This document shows positions 1-13,079 of a stretch of 64,000 nucleotides of DNA, in pieces. Made by a program: the position numbers and the translations under genes. The stretch's first letter is position 1, and each line of letters starts with the position of its first letter. Below the pieces are notes generated by a model that saw nothing but the letters and a program-made list of their open reading frames with translations, ran no database searches and was not told the DNA's origin. Origin of the DNA: Camelus ferus (Eukaryota); the NCBI RefSeq assembly GCF_009834535.1, contig NC_045696.1:21826001-21890000 (forward strand), given 5' to 3'.

Positions 1-1157
1 CCACCTATCTTTAAGGCAAGGAACGAACTTTGGAGGAGCTAAATTTGGATTCCTATTGTTTGTTCATAAGCTCAAAGATCACTACACCACACGGTCTCAC
101 TTTGTCTCTAAACAGTCTTAGTACATATGAGAGAGTAAACTTCCCAAGGATGCAGCCTTGTCGGACTTAGTGATTCCACAGAAAGAGGTAATAGAAACAG
201 CTAGTGTGCACAAGACTAAAGATACCTGCTCATGAGAGATGGCCAAAGTGTTACACTGCTGAATATCACCCACACTTGGTTCAGTACTGGAGTGGCAGAA
301 ACAAAGTGTTTAAGCAAAAATTTAAATTAGGAGGGTAATGTGCTGAGAAAGGAAACTCAAGTAAGACCTGTGATGGGGGTTTCTAGCACTGCACATTTTA
401 AACTTTGCAAGATGACCATTTTTCCCACATGCCCTTTTTTTTTTTTGAGAGAGGAGATAGTATTTGCCATAATCCAAATATTGCAGATCCATGTTGCCAA
501 AATTAACTTGTCCCGGTAGAGTTCCAGTTCATTGTCAAGCTCTGGGTTAAGGACAACTGGCAGCAACTGCTATCCTGGCAAAAACAACACAGAGATGGTA
601 TCCTCAGATACCACTGAGTCCCTGTTATGCTCCTTGGCAAAAGATACTGGGTTCTGGAAGCATAAATTGGCCTGAGGTAACTGCTCATGAAGATGGAAAT
701 TTGCTTGTTTTTTAAATTAGTGTGATTGAGGCCATTGCTGTGGTAATCTACATCTTATTAAGTCTCTGGTCTGTTTAAAAAGTCAAGCGTATCGAACTTG
801 GTTTTGAGAATATGGAAGCCACTGTGTGAGTGACCCCCGCAGAAGGCTCCCACTGAGGCTGGTGAAGCAGCCCAGCTCTTTGTGCACCGAGAGTATCCCT
901 TATTGAGACTCGAGAAAGACCGTGGTGAAGCCTTCAGACTTTTCACTCACAAAGGAGAAAAGGATTTTGGGTTTCAATCTTTTGGCCACTGGATTTTAAC
1001 TTGCAAAGGAAATGTTTGAACATTAATTTTCCCCATAAAATTAATGGGGTAGACATTCAAATTTGTAATATTCCTATGTTGCTACCATTTTGTTACTGAA
1101 CTATAAGCATTTCTCGAAGTATCTTTATGCTACATTTATTGAAATATAAAGAACTTC

Positions 1158-1351
1158 CTTATTTTTTTGAAATATAATCAGTTACAATGTATCCATTTGT
1201 GGTGCATAGCATAATGTCCCAGTCATGCATATATATGTATATATATTCATCTTCATATTTTTTCATTAAAGGTTATTACAAGATATTGAATATAGTTCCC
1301 TGTGCTATACAGAGAAATTTGTTTTTTATCTATTTAAATTTTTTATTGAAG
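1158..1351 (-). mobile_element. 5'-truncated L1, 3'UTR-only insertion
   Basis: T-rich tail followed by L1 3'UTR-like sequence (gatattgaatatagttccctgtgctatacag); 17-bp TSD gaaatataaagaacttc at 1141-1157 and 1352-1368. Confidence 0.85.
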
Positions 1352-4074
1352 GAAATATAAAGAACTTCTGATGCAACTGGATAAAATTTTAGGTAAATAA
1401 AAGAATGAATTTTCAACGTTAATTGTGTAGTGATCGTGGAGTCAATTTCATTACTGTCCTGTTCTGACCATTTTAAGAGTCTTTTGTTCCCAGAAAGATA
1501 CCCATAGAAGCAAGGGTTGGGATCAGGGGAGTGAGGCCATGAAGGTGGCAGCTGGAGACTCTTCTGGGATTTGGCTAATCTCGGAAGGCTTTATCCACAC
1601 ACGACAGACAAGATAATTTTGGCACTGTGGTACCACTTCTGGATAATACCCTACCTCTGCAAACTATATTTCCTCTCTAAGAGAAGGGCATCTGAAGAAA
1701 AAACTGCTGCCTTCATTTGAAATTTAACAGAGAATAAGGCTTTGGAAAATATTAAGAAAAAAATGACTGTTTTCTTCCACGTGGAAGTTGATCAGAGAGT
1801 AATGTTCCCAGCCTCCCTCCACGCCCTGTACTCACTCTGCCCAAAGGGAGAAGCAGTGACTTTTCTAATTGTAAACATGATAAGGACATCATGGGCTTAA
1901 TGGGCTCAGCTGTTTTTTCCTCAGGAGCTGCTTTTTGCCTGTAGGATGGAGACCTTCTCTGCTTCTACAGCAGGATTTTAACTTAATGGTAAGAGACTTC
2001 TGGTCCTGTTTTGCCATAATTGAATAGGCACATCTGTCTAATCCTAGGTTTCATTTGTCAGGCCCATTTGGTGCTTACATTAAGCTACATACTCCATCTC
2101 AACTTTTAGTAGCAATAAAGTTGATATTTCTGCTTTACAATTTCCTTACTCTTGTTGGATTTATCATTTTTTTTTTAGATTCCAGTGAGGGAAAAAGAAA
2201 ACACAATGTTTGGTAACCTAAAAGATCCTAACAAACACTTGTGCTCCGTCTAACATCTTGAAACATATCTCCTAACAGTTATATTTTAATTGGAATAGTT
2301 ATGTATTCCCCCAAAATGTATGACTATTAGTAACACCACCACAAATTAGCATAGAAATGACACACACCTCACAGATCACCATCTCCCTGCGTAATATTTT
2401 CCTGATGAATGCCTTTCATATTTTAACTGATATCATAGAATGTACATTTTTCTCAATGCAATGTTGATCAGCTGATGTTTACACAAAAGTAGTGTATAAC
2501 TCTGTCCGCAAACCTCAACAACAAAATGATACATGGGAAAAGTCTCGAATTACAACCCAGATACAATTAAGAGGACATCATCAGAACTATGCATAGATAT
2601 TTCGAAAAGGATGCCAAGTATTAACATTGAGCAAGTAAATCTGAGATATCACTGGAGCTGAAGGAGGCATCAATGGCTGATGGGTTCTGGAAGCATAAAC
2701 TGTCCTGAGGTAACTCCTTAAAGTGACAGTGATATGATGAAAAGCTTCTCTTTTTAAAGCACTTCCTTGTTTCTTTATGAAACATAATCACTGGAAAAGG
2801 GAAAGGTCTATTTTGCAATTTTTTCATCTTCATTCATTGACCACCTCCATGGAAGGTATAAAAAACCCATCACGGTCAGGGAAAGCTACAGCATCGCAGC
2901 CAAAAGTGTTTTTAAAAAAACTATCTTGCTTGGATATTTGCTTGATATTGTTGGTTTTCATCCCCATCCAGCACGTCACTTTTTTTGTTTTGTTTTGTTT
3001 TGCTTTTCCCAGGTTCTTTAAATGACATTCTCAACCATCCTCCCTCACTTGTTTCTTAATTTTGTTTAAGCTTCAAGTTTCAACTTTACATGGTGGAAAA
3101 ACATTATGTGACATTTTCCTGTTGTTTTTATTTTTGTCTGCTTTCAAAGATAAACCTCTTTAATATCAGAAAATATTTACCATGTTGTAAATATAGTATT
3201 TGTGAATCTATATGCAAACTTTATATGTTAATGAATACAAACAATTTTTAATTATCTAATAATGAGCATAAAAGGATGCTGTAGGCATTTGACATCTGAA
3301 CATGAGAGTTGTTACATGCACAGATACGTATATGGTTTTCCCATTTAACGTTAATGAAACCAGGCATAAGCTCCTATTTAGCACTGTCACCCAAATTTCT
3401 GATTTTCAGAAATGGTTGCTGGTGTTAAAATGCTTTACCTTCTAGAAAGCATATCTCAAATCATACAATATTACTGTACTCACACAGAGTGCTAATTTGT
3501 TTAAGATATACTTGCTAGTTGGAGTTACAGGCCTAAGTTCTCAACTGCTTTCAGTTCCCAGTATGACTGCTTTAGAATTACAAAATTTAGACAAACATAA
3601 TCATCTTTACAAACATTATCAGTAAAATTGAATTATTGGTATGTGGTGTAAGCAAGCCACAAACTTTAACAACGGTGCACTTTTCACTCAAGGATTTAGA
3701 TATCAGGGATCTGAATTATAAGAGTCTATTAAAAAATCAGTTATCATTACTTTCACTTGATCATTAGAAAAAATGAGACCCCCCCCCAAAAATATACTAT
3801 ATCAAGATAATTTCCTGTAAAATTCAGAAATGGAACATAAATAAGTTTATAAAATGATTTACATATTCAAAATACAGAGAAATATACATGTTAAACTGTA
3901 ACAAATTAAAACTATTAGAGAAAGGGGGTCATATGATATACAACACATAAGAATTCCAATGAAGAAAAGTGAGCTACCTCAAGAATTTCTGAGTCTCCAT
4001 TTCCCCGTCTCCATGTGGTTTTCCTCCTACCTTTCAGGATACTTTTAATAAACCTCCCTTAAGTCTCTTTCTGC

Positions 4075-5085
4075 TCATTCCCTACGTTCAAGGTTCTCAT
4101 TGGGACACTTTTCTTCTCACTTTGTTCATCCTTCCTGGCTACTTCCTCCACTGAGAGGCCCTCAGTTACCACTGTATTCTGATTGCTCCAAATCTATAAC
4201 CTCTAGCCATTACCATTTTGAATATCAACCTACATATCCAGCTCCTGATGAACATTTCCATTTAAACACTTAACATGTCCAACAAGTCAATGTTTTCCAA
4301 TAAAGTCCTCCTGTGTTCTGTAGCTCAGTAAGTGTTCCACCACCCACCATGATGTCCAAACCAGAGTGAATTTTACACATGTCTCACTGAAACTCACATG
4401 TAATAAATCAAATCTTGTTGACACCATTTCCATTAATACCAATTAAATCCATCCAGTTCTCTCACTACTGTTCCTAACCTTGATGAGGTTGTCATGATCT
4501 CTTCTGGACCATCATCACCCACTGGACCAACTGTTTCATTTCTTGCCAATCTTAAATAGGCTATTCACGGCATCAAGCAGTCCTCTAAAATACAATCTTG
4601 CCAATCCTCTGCTTCAAATTAGTTAAGCAAAACTTCAATTCCTTAAAAACTTTCCCAGACACACCATCTATCGCATGACCTTTATATTCTGTTCCACCAT
4701 ACTGAATGTTAGTTTCCTACATGTGCAGGTGTTCTTTTGTACCTAAACATTTGCACAAGATTATATAAACCAAAATACTGCTCTAACACCTCCATCTTTT
4801 CCTTTACCTGCTTGTTTCTACTAATCCTTTATAGCTCTATTTAGATAGGCTTTCTTCACAACACTTCTCTGATATCTAAACACCAGGCTAGGTATTCTTT
4901 CTGTGTTCCGTGATACCTGGCACTGAGCCCTCTTTGCCTCTTACTACTTTGAACTGTAATGGACTAACCCTGGTGTGAACCTTCCACGTGCTACAAACAT
5001 CATCATTTCAGGAGCCTTGTCCTTGTTATACAATCAGTGTTTGGTTTGGTGCAGGTTTTAACATGTAATTTCCTAAAAATGTTGA
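4075..5085 (+). mobile_element. Degenerate L2 (LINE2) 3' region
   Basis: Pyrimidine-rich L2-like motifs (ctccaaatctataacctctagcc, acacttaacatgtccaa); boundaries approximate. Confidence 0.65.
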
Positions 5086-5089
5086 GGGA

Positions 5090-5310
5090 GTGTAAGAGGA
5101 AAGTAGTATCACTGGCAGGAACAGGGTCATTGACAATGGAAGCTGACTTGGGGACTGAAAGTAATTATTTCAGTTTAGGAATATGTTGAGATTTAAGGTG
5201 TACTAGAATTCCCAAGGGAAATTGTGGTAGCGATCTGGCAAGACAGAATTGAGAATTGAGCTTTTCATTCTAGCCGTAGGTTTCAGCCCCATGAATGTTG
5301 GTGATAAGTA
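5090..5310 (-). mobile_element. L2 fragment
   Basis: ttcagtttaggaatatgttgagatttaaggtg resembles the L2 antisense consensus. Confidence 0.5.
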
Positions 5311-6399
5311 GTAAAAGCAAACCACATTCTTAGTAGAAAAGAAAAGAAAAAACAAATCATTGGAAGAAATAATAAAACTGTTTGAATGATTAGTTTTATT
5401 GTTTTGTGTAAAAATCAACATTTCACTTGGCTTTCTGTTAATATAGTGGAGATTAATGTGAGATTTGTTTGCTTTGCTGACTAGCTTCACAAATTAGCTG
5501 ATATAATGTATCACTGTTTAATATTGGCTTTTACTTTTCCTCAGAATAATAAAGCATAAAAAATCCAAAGATACTTTGATTAATGTAAAATTTAATGTCT
5601 ATGTTTATATAAAGAAATAGTTAACAGTATATATTTAACACATTAAAAGAATATCTTTTAGACGCTAGAAAATTTTATAAATTTCCTTTAAGGAACCCTT
5701 GCTAAAATTGATGCAATCAGTCACAAGGGAATAAGGAAATTATTGAATAGGAAGAAAGTATTTGTGATAATAGCCATAAAATCATGTTTTAGACAATATT
5801 TAATGGGTAGATGTTTAGAAGAACATTGCTTTTTCAATTTTAGTTAGACACTGTTTTCAGTAAATGGGCAAAAACTGAGTGAAGACATTTCTCTAAACAA
5901 TTCCACTTTCCCAAATGGATTCATATTGATTTTGTGAAAGCCACTCCCCTCTCTCAAAATATTGTTTGTCAGTTACACATGCCAGTCACCACTTATAGTT
6001 AATTGTAACACAGCAATTCTATAGGAAGTGGAAATAAACATTTCTAGTTGGAGATCTGAGAAAAATATTTGAAAATCTTCCACATTAAAAGAGGAAATTT
6101 TTCCTAACATTTAGAAATGTTATCTTTTTCACTTCGTTTTAATAAAAGTTTAATGTTGATAATTTTATAGTAATAGCACAAGTTATTTGAGATATAGTTT
6201 GTAATAAACCACGTTTAAGGGAATTTAATTAGAACTGATTAGAAAAATCTCAGATACATCAAAGATTAATATTAACAGGCATGGCAGTTTTGGTGTTATG
6301 GTACAATTCTTTCATCCTCAGATTTAAAGTAGAGATTGAGGTAGATACTTAGTAATTAAGACCACAAGACGATTTACCAGTTCATCAAGGAATGTATAT

Positions 6400-6490
6400 T
6401 CCTAGAGCTGGAAAGGACTTTGACCATCGTTCTAATCCAGCATTCTCATATTATACACAAGAAACTAAGGTGCTGAGAATAGAACTTGGG
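6400..6490 (-). mobile_element. MIR fragment
   Basis: gagctggaaaggacttt...caagaaactaagg resembles the MIR core in antisense. Confidence 0.5.
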
Positions 6491-6634
6491 TATGTCATAC
6501 TATATTTACCATGTGCAGAATGATTGCCACTTGCTTCTGACCTCTTCAGAACCTAGCTGGAGGAGAGATGATATGCCAGTCATTGCCAATCTGCATTTTT
6601 TTAAGCATGGCCAGCAATAAATATTTATTCTTTA

Positions 6635-8503
6635 GGAACATCCATAGTGCTGCAAATGGCATTATGTTGTCAGTTTTTATGGCTGAATAGTATTCCATTG
6701 TATAAATATACCACTTCTTTTTATCCAGTCATCTGTCGATGGACATTTAGGCTGTTTCCATGTCTTGGCTATTGTAAATAGTGCTATTATGAACATTGGG
6801 GTGCAGGTGTCTTTTTGAAGTAGGGTTCCTTCTGGATATATGCCCAGGAGCAGGATTCCTAGGTCATATGGTAAGTCTATTCCTAGTCTTTTGAGGAATC
6901 TCCATACTGTTTTCCACAGTGGCTGCACCAAATTGCATTCCCACCAGCAGTGTAGGAAGGTTCCCTTTTCTCCACAGCCTCTCCAGCATTTGTCATCTGT
7001 GGATTTTTGAACAATGGCCATTCTGACTGGTGTGAGGTGATACCTCACTGTAGTTTTGATTTGCATTTCTTTGATAATTAGTGATATTGAGCATTTGTAT
7101 TTCTTCCTTGGAGAATTGCTTGTTTAGGTCTTCTGCCCATTTTTGGATTGGGTTGTTTATTTTTTTCTTAATGAGTCGTATGAGCTGCTTATATATTCTG
7201 AAGATCAAACCTTTGTTGGTTTCATTTGCAAAAATTTTCTCCCATTCTGAAGGTTGTCTTTTTGTTTTACTTATGGTTTCCTTTGCTGTGCAGAAGCTTG
7301 TAGGTTTAATTAGGTCCCATTTGTTTATCCTTGCTTTTATTTCTATTGCTTGGGTAGACTGCCCTAGGAGAGCATTTTTGAGATGTATGCCAGATAATGT
7401 TTTGCCTATATTTTCCTCTAGGAGGTTTATTGTATCTTGTCTTATGTTTAAGTCTTTGATCCATTTTGAGTTTATTTCTGTGTATGGTGTAAGGGAGTGT
7501 TCTAGCTTCATTGTTTTACATGCTACTGTCCAGTTTTCCCAGCATCATTTGCTGAAGAGACTGTCTTTATTACATTGTATATTCTGGCCTCCTTTGTCAA
7601 AGATTAGTTGACCAAAAGTTTGTGGGTTCGTTTCTGGGCTCTCTATTCTGTTCCATTGGTCTATATGTCTGTTTTTGTACCAATACCATGCTGTCTTGAT
7701 GACTGTAGCTCTATAGTATTGTCTGAAGTCTGGGAGAGTTATTCCTCCAGCCTCTTTCTTTTTCTTCAGTAGTGTTTTGGCAATTCTAGGTCTTTTGTGT
7801 TTCCATGTAAATTTTATTATGACTTGTTCTAGTTCTGTGAAATATGTCCTGGGTAATTTGATAGGGATTGCATTAAATCTGTAGCTTGCCTTGGGCAGTA
7901 TGACCACTTTAACAATATTGATTCTTCCAATTGAGGAGCATGGATATCTTTCTATTTTTAAAGTCTTCTTTAAAATGTTTTATAGTTCTCCGTGTATAAG
8001 TCTTTCACTTCCTTGGTTAGATTTATTCCTAGGTATTTTATTACTTTGGGTGCTGTTTTAAAGGGGATTGTTTCTTTACTTTCTTTTCCTGTTGATTCAT
8101 CATTAGTGTAAAGAAATGCAACTGATTTTTGAACATTAATCTTGTAAACTGCTACCTTGCTGAATTCTTCGATCAGCTCTAGTAGTCTTTGTGTGGACCT
8201 TTTAGGGTTTTCTATATATAGTATCATGTCATCTGCATATAGTGACACCTTCACCTCTTCTTTTCTAATTTGGATCCCTTTTATTTCTCTCTCTTGCCTG
8301 AGTGCTGTGGCTAGGACTTCCAAGACTATTGAATAGGAGTGGTGATAGTGGGCAGACTTGTCCCAGATTTTAGTGGGAAGCTTTTGAGTCATTCACCATT
8401 GAGTACTATGTTGGCTGTAGGTTTATCATATATAGCTTTTATTATGTTGAGAAATGTTCCCTCTATACCCACTTTGGTGAGAGTTTTTATCATAAATGGG
8501 TGT
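6635..8503 (-). mobile_element. Young L1, truncated at both ends (ORF2 RT to C-terminal part), no poly(A)
   Basis: ORF track pieces 7970..8392 ([11 protein letters not shown] motif), 7545..7907, 6993..7511 and 6677..7066 (HCWWEC) are L1 ORF2p; TSD tattcttta at 6626-6634 and 8503-8511. Confidence 0.95.
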
Positions 8504-8511
8504 ATTCTTTA

Positions 8512-8928
8512 AGTACTTTTTAATTCCAGGCACTACTATTGGCTGAGATATACGGTGAAAAACACAGGTAATAGATAATGTCCCTATTTTCTTTGTTTGC
8601 CTTCTATTGGGAAGACACAAAAAGTAAAATGTATGTAAATCAGAATCATAAAAGTCGTCCCTTGGTATCCAAGGGGGATTGGTTCCAGGACCCCCTCATG
8701 GATACCAAAATCCTCAGATGCTCAAGTTCATTTTATAAAATGGCATAGTATTTACATATAACCTATGCACGCCATTCTGTATACTTTAAATTATCTGTAG
8801 ATTACTACAATGTCTAATGCAATATAAGTTATATGTAGATAGCTGTAAATACAATGTAAATGCTATGTAAATAGTTGCCAGTACACAGCCAATTCAAGCT
8901 TTGCTTTTTGGAAACTTCTGGAGGTTTG

Positions 8929-8959
<31 letters not shown>

Positions 8960-9770
8960 TAACATTTTTGATCCATGATTGGTTGAATCTAAGTATGTCG
9001 AACCTACAGATACAGATGGCTTACTGTATACACGTTAGATATAATTATATAAAATATAATAAATTATATGAAAATGTCATACATAGAATTGAAATAGAAG
9101 GATGTAATAAAGAATGAATTGTTGGTTACTTTAAGTTAGGGCTCAAGAAAAGCCTCTCTGAGAGGTGACATTAAAGTATGATTGAGACAAAGAGGAGCCA
9201 GATTTTTAAATCAGAGGGAAAGGTTTCCAGGAAATGAGACAAGTAGAGCGAAGGCACTAAATAGGGGATGAGTTTGGCTCTTTCAGGAACACAAAAGGAG
9301 GCTAGTGCACCTGAAGACCAAGGATCAGGGGATCATGTGAGATACAGTTATAGATGTGGGCAGGGGACTGAGCATAAAGGGCTTGTGGATAAGAATTTTT
9401 TTTTTAATATGATGGGAAACCATTGAATAATCTTAATTTGGGGAGGGGAGTAGGAAGGCCAAAAGGATTTGAGATTCTGAAAATTTTTCAGTTTCTTTAG
9501 TGAGAAGAATGGACGTGCAGAGGGCAACCGTGAAAGCAGGGAGACTAGTTAGGCTATTTGGTTAATCATGGTAAGCATGGCAAGAGACAGTCATGGTTCA
9601 CACAGGGATGCAGCAGTGGAGATGGAAGAGAAGTGTGTGTGGCTAACCCTAACTCAGGATACTCTTTAGGTTGGGTTGGACTTGCTGTTCTGAATGGCAG
9701 CAGGAGAGTGAGGAAAGGGACTTCAACTTGTAAATCTGGTAAATGGCAACCGTCATCCATCCACCCAGAG
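8512..9770 (-). mobile_element. L2 interrupted by an L1 and a MER2
   Basis: caataaatattt...|...ccaggcact resembles the L2 3' end in antisense; gcctctctgagaggtgacatt and gcagggagactagttaggctatt are L2-like. Confidence 0.65.
8652..9028 (+). mobile_element. MER2 (TcMar-Tigger non-autonomous DNA transposon)
   Basis: Matches recalled MER2 consensus (gtcgtcccttggtatcc..ggggattggttccaggacccc..ggataccaaaatcc..gatgctcaagt); ends ...ctg|ta. Confidence 0.85.
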
Positions 9771-10204
9771 GGGAAAAATCTAAGGAGCAGCTTTCTAGGG
9801 TGAGGAAGAAAAATGTTACCAGTAGGTCTGAATATCAAATTCCCTTCTCAAAAAACCAAGGAAGTTTTGGGGCCACTGTAAGTCTTGACCAATTAATTCA
9901 CTTGCTGGAAGATAAACAAGGGCCTTGCCAAGATTTGCTGCATACTGCAAACATACCATGAAATGTTTTGAGCAAGATAAATCTGATCTCTCTGGATATG
10001 CCTTTCTCAAAATTTTTATCCTAGCCCAACTCTGAAAAGAACATTTCATATCTTAGGAAACTGCCACATAAATATTATTGTCCCAATATCTTATGTATTA
10101 ACCTAGTCAGCAGGAGATATAATAATCCAATAATAATATAATGTCTTGGCTTAGGCTAACAACCTGTCTTTTTGTGTTGTTATGGCTTCCCAAGGATAAT
10201 CTCA

Positions 10205-11122
10205 TTTTTTTGTTTGTTTCTTATTTTTTCTAGTTTTGAAAAATAATTGACACACATCACTGTATAATTTAAAATGTACGGTGTGGTGGTTTGACTTACA
10301 TATATTCTGAAAGGATTACCACAGTAGGTTTAGTTAACATCCATCATCTCATATAGACATGACAACAACAATAACAAATTTCTCCTTGTGATGAGAACTC
10401 CTGGGATGTACTATCTTAACAACTTTCCTGTATACCATACAGCAGTATTAACTATAGTGATCATGTTGTGCATGACATCCCCAGTACTTATTTATCATAA
10501 CTGAAAGTTTGTACCTTTTGACCAACCTTCCTCCAAATTCCCCTCCCCACACTTGGTAACCACAAATGTGATCTTTTTTCCACGTGTTTTTTTTTTTTTA
10601 AACTAGATTCTAAATGTAAGAGAGATCACACAGTTGTCTTTGACTTATTTTACTTAGCATAATGTCTTCAAAGTCCATCCATGTCCTAAACAGTAAAATT
10701 TCCTTCCTTTTATGGCTGAATAATATTCCATCATATATATGGTATATTATATATATGATATATAGTATATGTACATATATGTGGTGTATGTATATACATA
10801 TGGTGTGTGTGTGTACACACACACACACACCACTTCTTTATCCACTCATCCATCAATGGACACTCAGGTTATTTCTATGTCTTGGCTATTTTAAATAATG
10901 CTGCTGTAAACACAAGGTTACAGATATCTTTCTAAGTTAGTGTTTTTGTTTCTTTTGGATATACTCCCAGAAGCAGAATTACTGGATTATATGATAGTTC
11001 CATTTTTAATTTTCTGGGAACCTCCATATTGTTTTTCATAGTGGCCATACCAATTTACAATCCCGTCAATAGTGCACAAAATTTCCCTTTTCTACATCCA
11101 CACCAACATTTTGGCCATTCTT
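10205..11122 (-). mobile_element. Older L1 3' end (L1MA9-like)
   Basis: gtttagttaacatccatcatctcatatag, tttatggctgaataatattccat and tatactcccagaagcagaattactggatt are L1 3'UTR and ORF2-end motifs. Confidence 0.85.
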
Positions 11123-12289
11123 AATGATATCAATTCCAAGGCAAATCAGTATTTAGTACTTTTCTTCAGTTTTTTATTTAATTTTTTTTTTTTTACTTTA
11201 TCCAAGTAGGCCTAAAGTCTTACCACAAATTTCTACTATACAAGAAGTTAGAGTTATAATATGTAGTTCTCACCAATTTTAGAGTAAGATGACTTTGAAA
11301 GTTAACATTATTAAGAAGTAATTGAACATACCTTACGATTCTTGAAGTTAATCTCTTTTAAAAACTCATAAGGACAATATAATAAGTGAAAAACAGGATT
11401 AACTTTTCCAAAGGTAGGGTCAGTAGATTTAAGATTTAATTTTAATAAAGGTAGATAATGGATTTTAAATAATCTTTATATACTTAAAATCTTACTGACC
11501 AGGTAAAAACTAGATTGATTGAAACCTTAAGTGGAAGCAGCACAAACAAAAATACCACCTATTGCTTCTTTATACAAGACTTTGAAAACACAGTTTCATG
11601 ATAAGTGATATATTCAGGTTCAAGTATAGGACTGATTAATTACACAAATGTATTTGGTTTCTTGATCTTTTTAAAATAGGCTATATAACCATAAAAAGTG
11701 CTGTGTTTTAAAACAAAAATAAAGATAGAAATTTACATCTTTAACATGAAAATGCTTGCTTTTTTGTTGTTGTCGGTTTGTTTTTTTGCTGCCTAGATAC
11801 TCATTTGGGATCAAACTTAAGATAAGCACACATTTTTGTTTAAACTGGCATGACATGACTTCCTTCCTTGTTTATGATGCTCGTATAATATGAAAACACT
11901 TGCTCGTGTATGCAGCAAGTTGGAAACCGCAGCATACATGCACACTGTCCTATGAGTGGCTAGATGCCCTTCTTCACAGAAATCTAGAACTTGTCTAGGA
12001 GCTGAGCAATCAGTCTCTCAAAGTCAAGTTTCCAAGCCAAGCAGACAAGTCAGAGAAAGGACTCTCCCCTGTCCCTGTCACCTAGTTAGGTTGAAAAGGA
12101 AGGACATTTATTCCCAACGTTAAGCGGTTCTCCCAGACAGTCTCAATGACACTGAACATTTGCCTTTTCTCAATTCTTGCCTTCCTCTTGCTCAAACTCA
12201 TGCAGCAGTGAAAACATCAAAATTTTCATCATGATTTTAACAAAGTTTCAGGTTTTTTCAACTCAAGTTTTTAAGTTAACAACTTTTAA

Positions 12290-12531
12290 GTTTTAACAAT
12301 ACAGTATTATTAACTGTAGGAATGACGTTCAGCAAATGTCTGGAGCTTATTCACCCTGAATAATTGAGGCTTTATGCCTGTTGATTATTAGCACCTCCCT
12401 ATTTCCTCCTCCACCTAGCCCCTGACAACCACAACCTTACTCTGATTCGATGAGCTTAACTGTTTTAGAATACCTCATGTAAGTAGACTCATGCAGTACT
12501 TGTTCTTTTGTGACTGGCTTATTTCACTTAG
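12290..12531 (-). mobile_element. L1MB-like 3'UTR fragment
   Basis: acctcatgtaagtagactcatgcagtacttgttcttttgtgactggcttatttcacttag. Confidence 0.75.
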
Positions 12532-12549
12532 GAACTCTTACAACTTAAG

Positions 12550-12880
12550 AAATAAAAAGATACAAATGAACTTATTTACAAAATAGAAACAGACTTACAG
12601 ATCTTGGGAAAAAAAACTTATGGTTACTAGGGGAATGGGGGGATGAGAAAGGATAAATTGGGAGTTCAAGATTTGCAGATACTAACTACTATATATAAAA
12701 TAGATGGACAAGTTTCTTCTGCGTAGCACAGGGAACTATATTCAGTATCTTGTAGTAACCTATAATGAAACAGAATATGAAAACGAATATATGTATGTAT
12801 ATGTATGACTGAAACTTTATGCAGTACACTAAAAATGGACACAATATTGTAAAGTGACTATACTTAAAAATAAATAAATA
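12550..12880 (+). mobile_element. L1 3'UTR fragment (artiodactyl/camelid type)
   Basis: tacaaatgaacttatttacaaaatagaaacagac...tagcacagggaactatattcagtatcttgtag..., ending in an A-rich tail. Confidence 0.85.
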
Positions 12881-13079
12881 GAACCTCAGGGCAAAAAAAA
12901 AAATCTAATAGTCAAGCATTGCAACATCTGTGCCTAAATCTCTTAAGAGTAGGAAAGTTGACTATTACCACAAATTTTTCTTCTTTAAAATCAGAACAGA
13001 ATCAAGAAAGTCATCTTTAGTGCAGAAATATTTTACAAAAGTAAAAGGCTCCTAAAGCATGAAAAAAAATAATAAAACA

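Noticed and set aside
758..946. 62-aa minus-strand ORF with some CpGs
   Set aside because: Non-ATG start, no recognised homology and no supporting splice structure
1021..1049. 10-bp inverted repeat cattaatttt-ccccat-aaaattaatg
   Set aside because: AT-rich short stem, plausible by chance or as a tiny DNA-transposon relic; no other support
7081..7611. 176-aa + strand ORF (also 22576..23157 and 21667..22017 on -)
   Set aside because: Antisense shadows of L1 ORF2; the hydrophobic composition comes from the A-rich L1 sense strand
11331..11473. Open minus-strand frame (..PYEFLKEINFKNRK) ending at a donor-like AAG|GTATG
   Set aside because: No polypyrimidine acceptor and no recognisable protein; such frames are expected by chance
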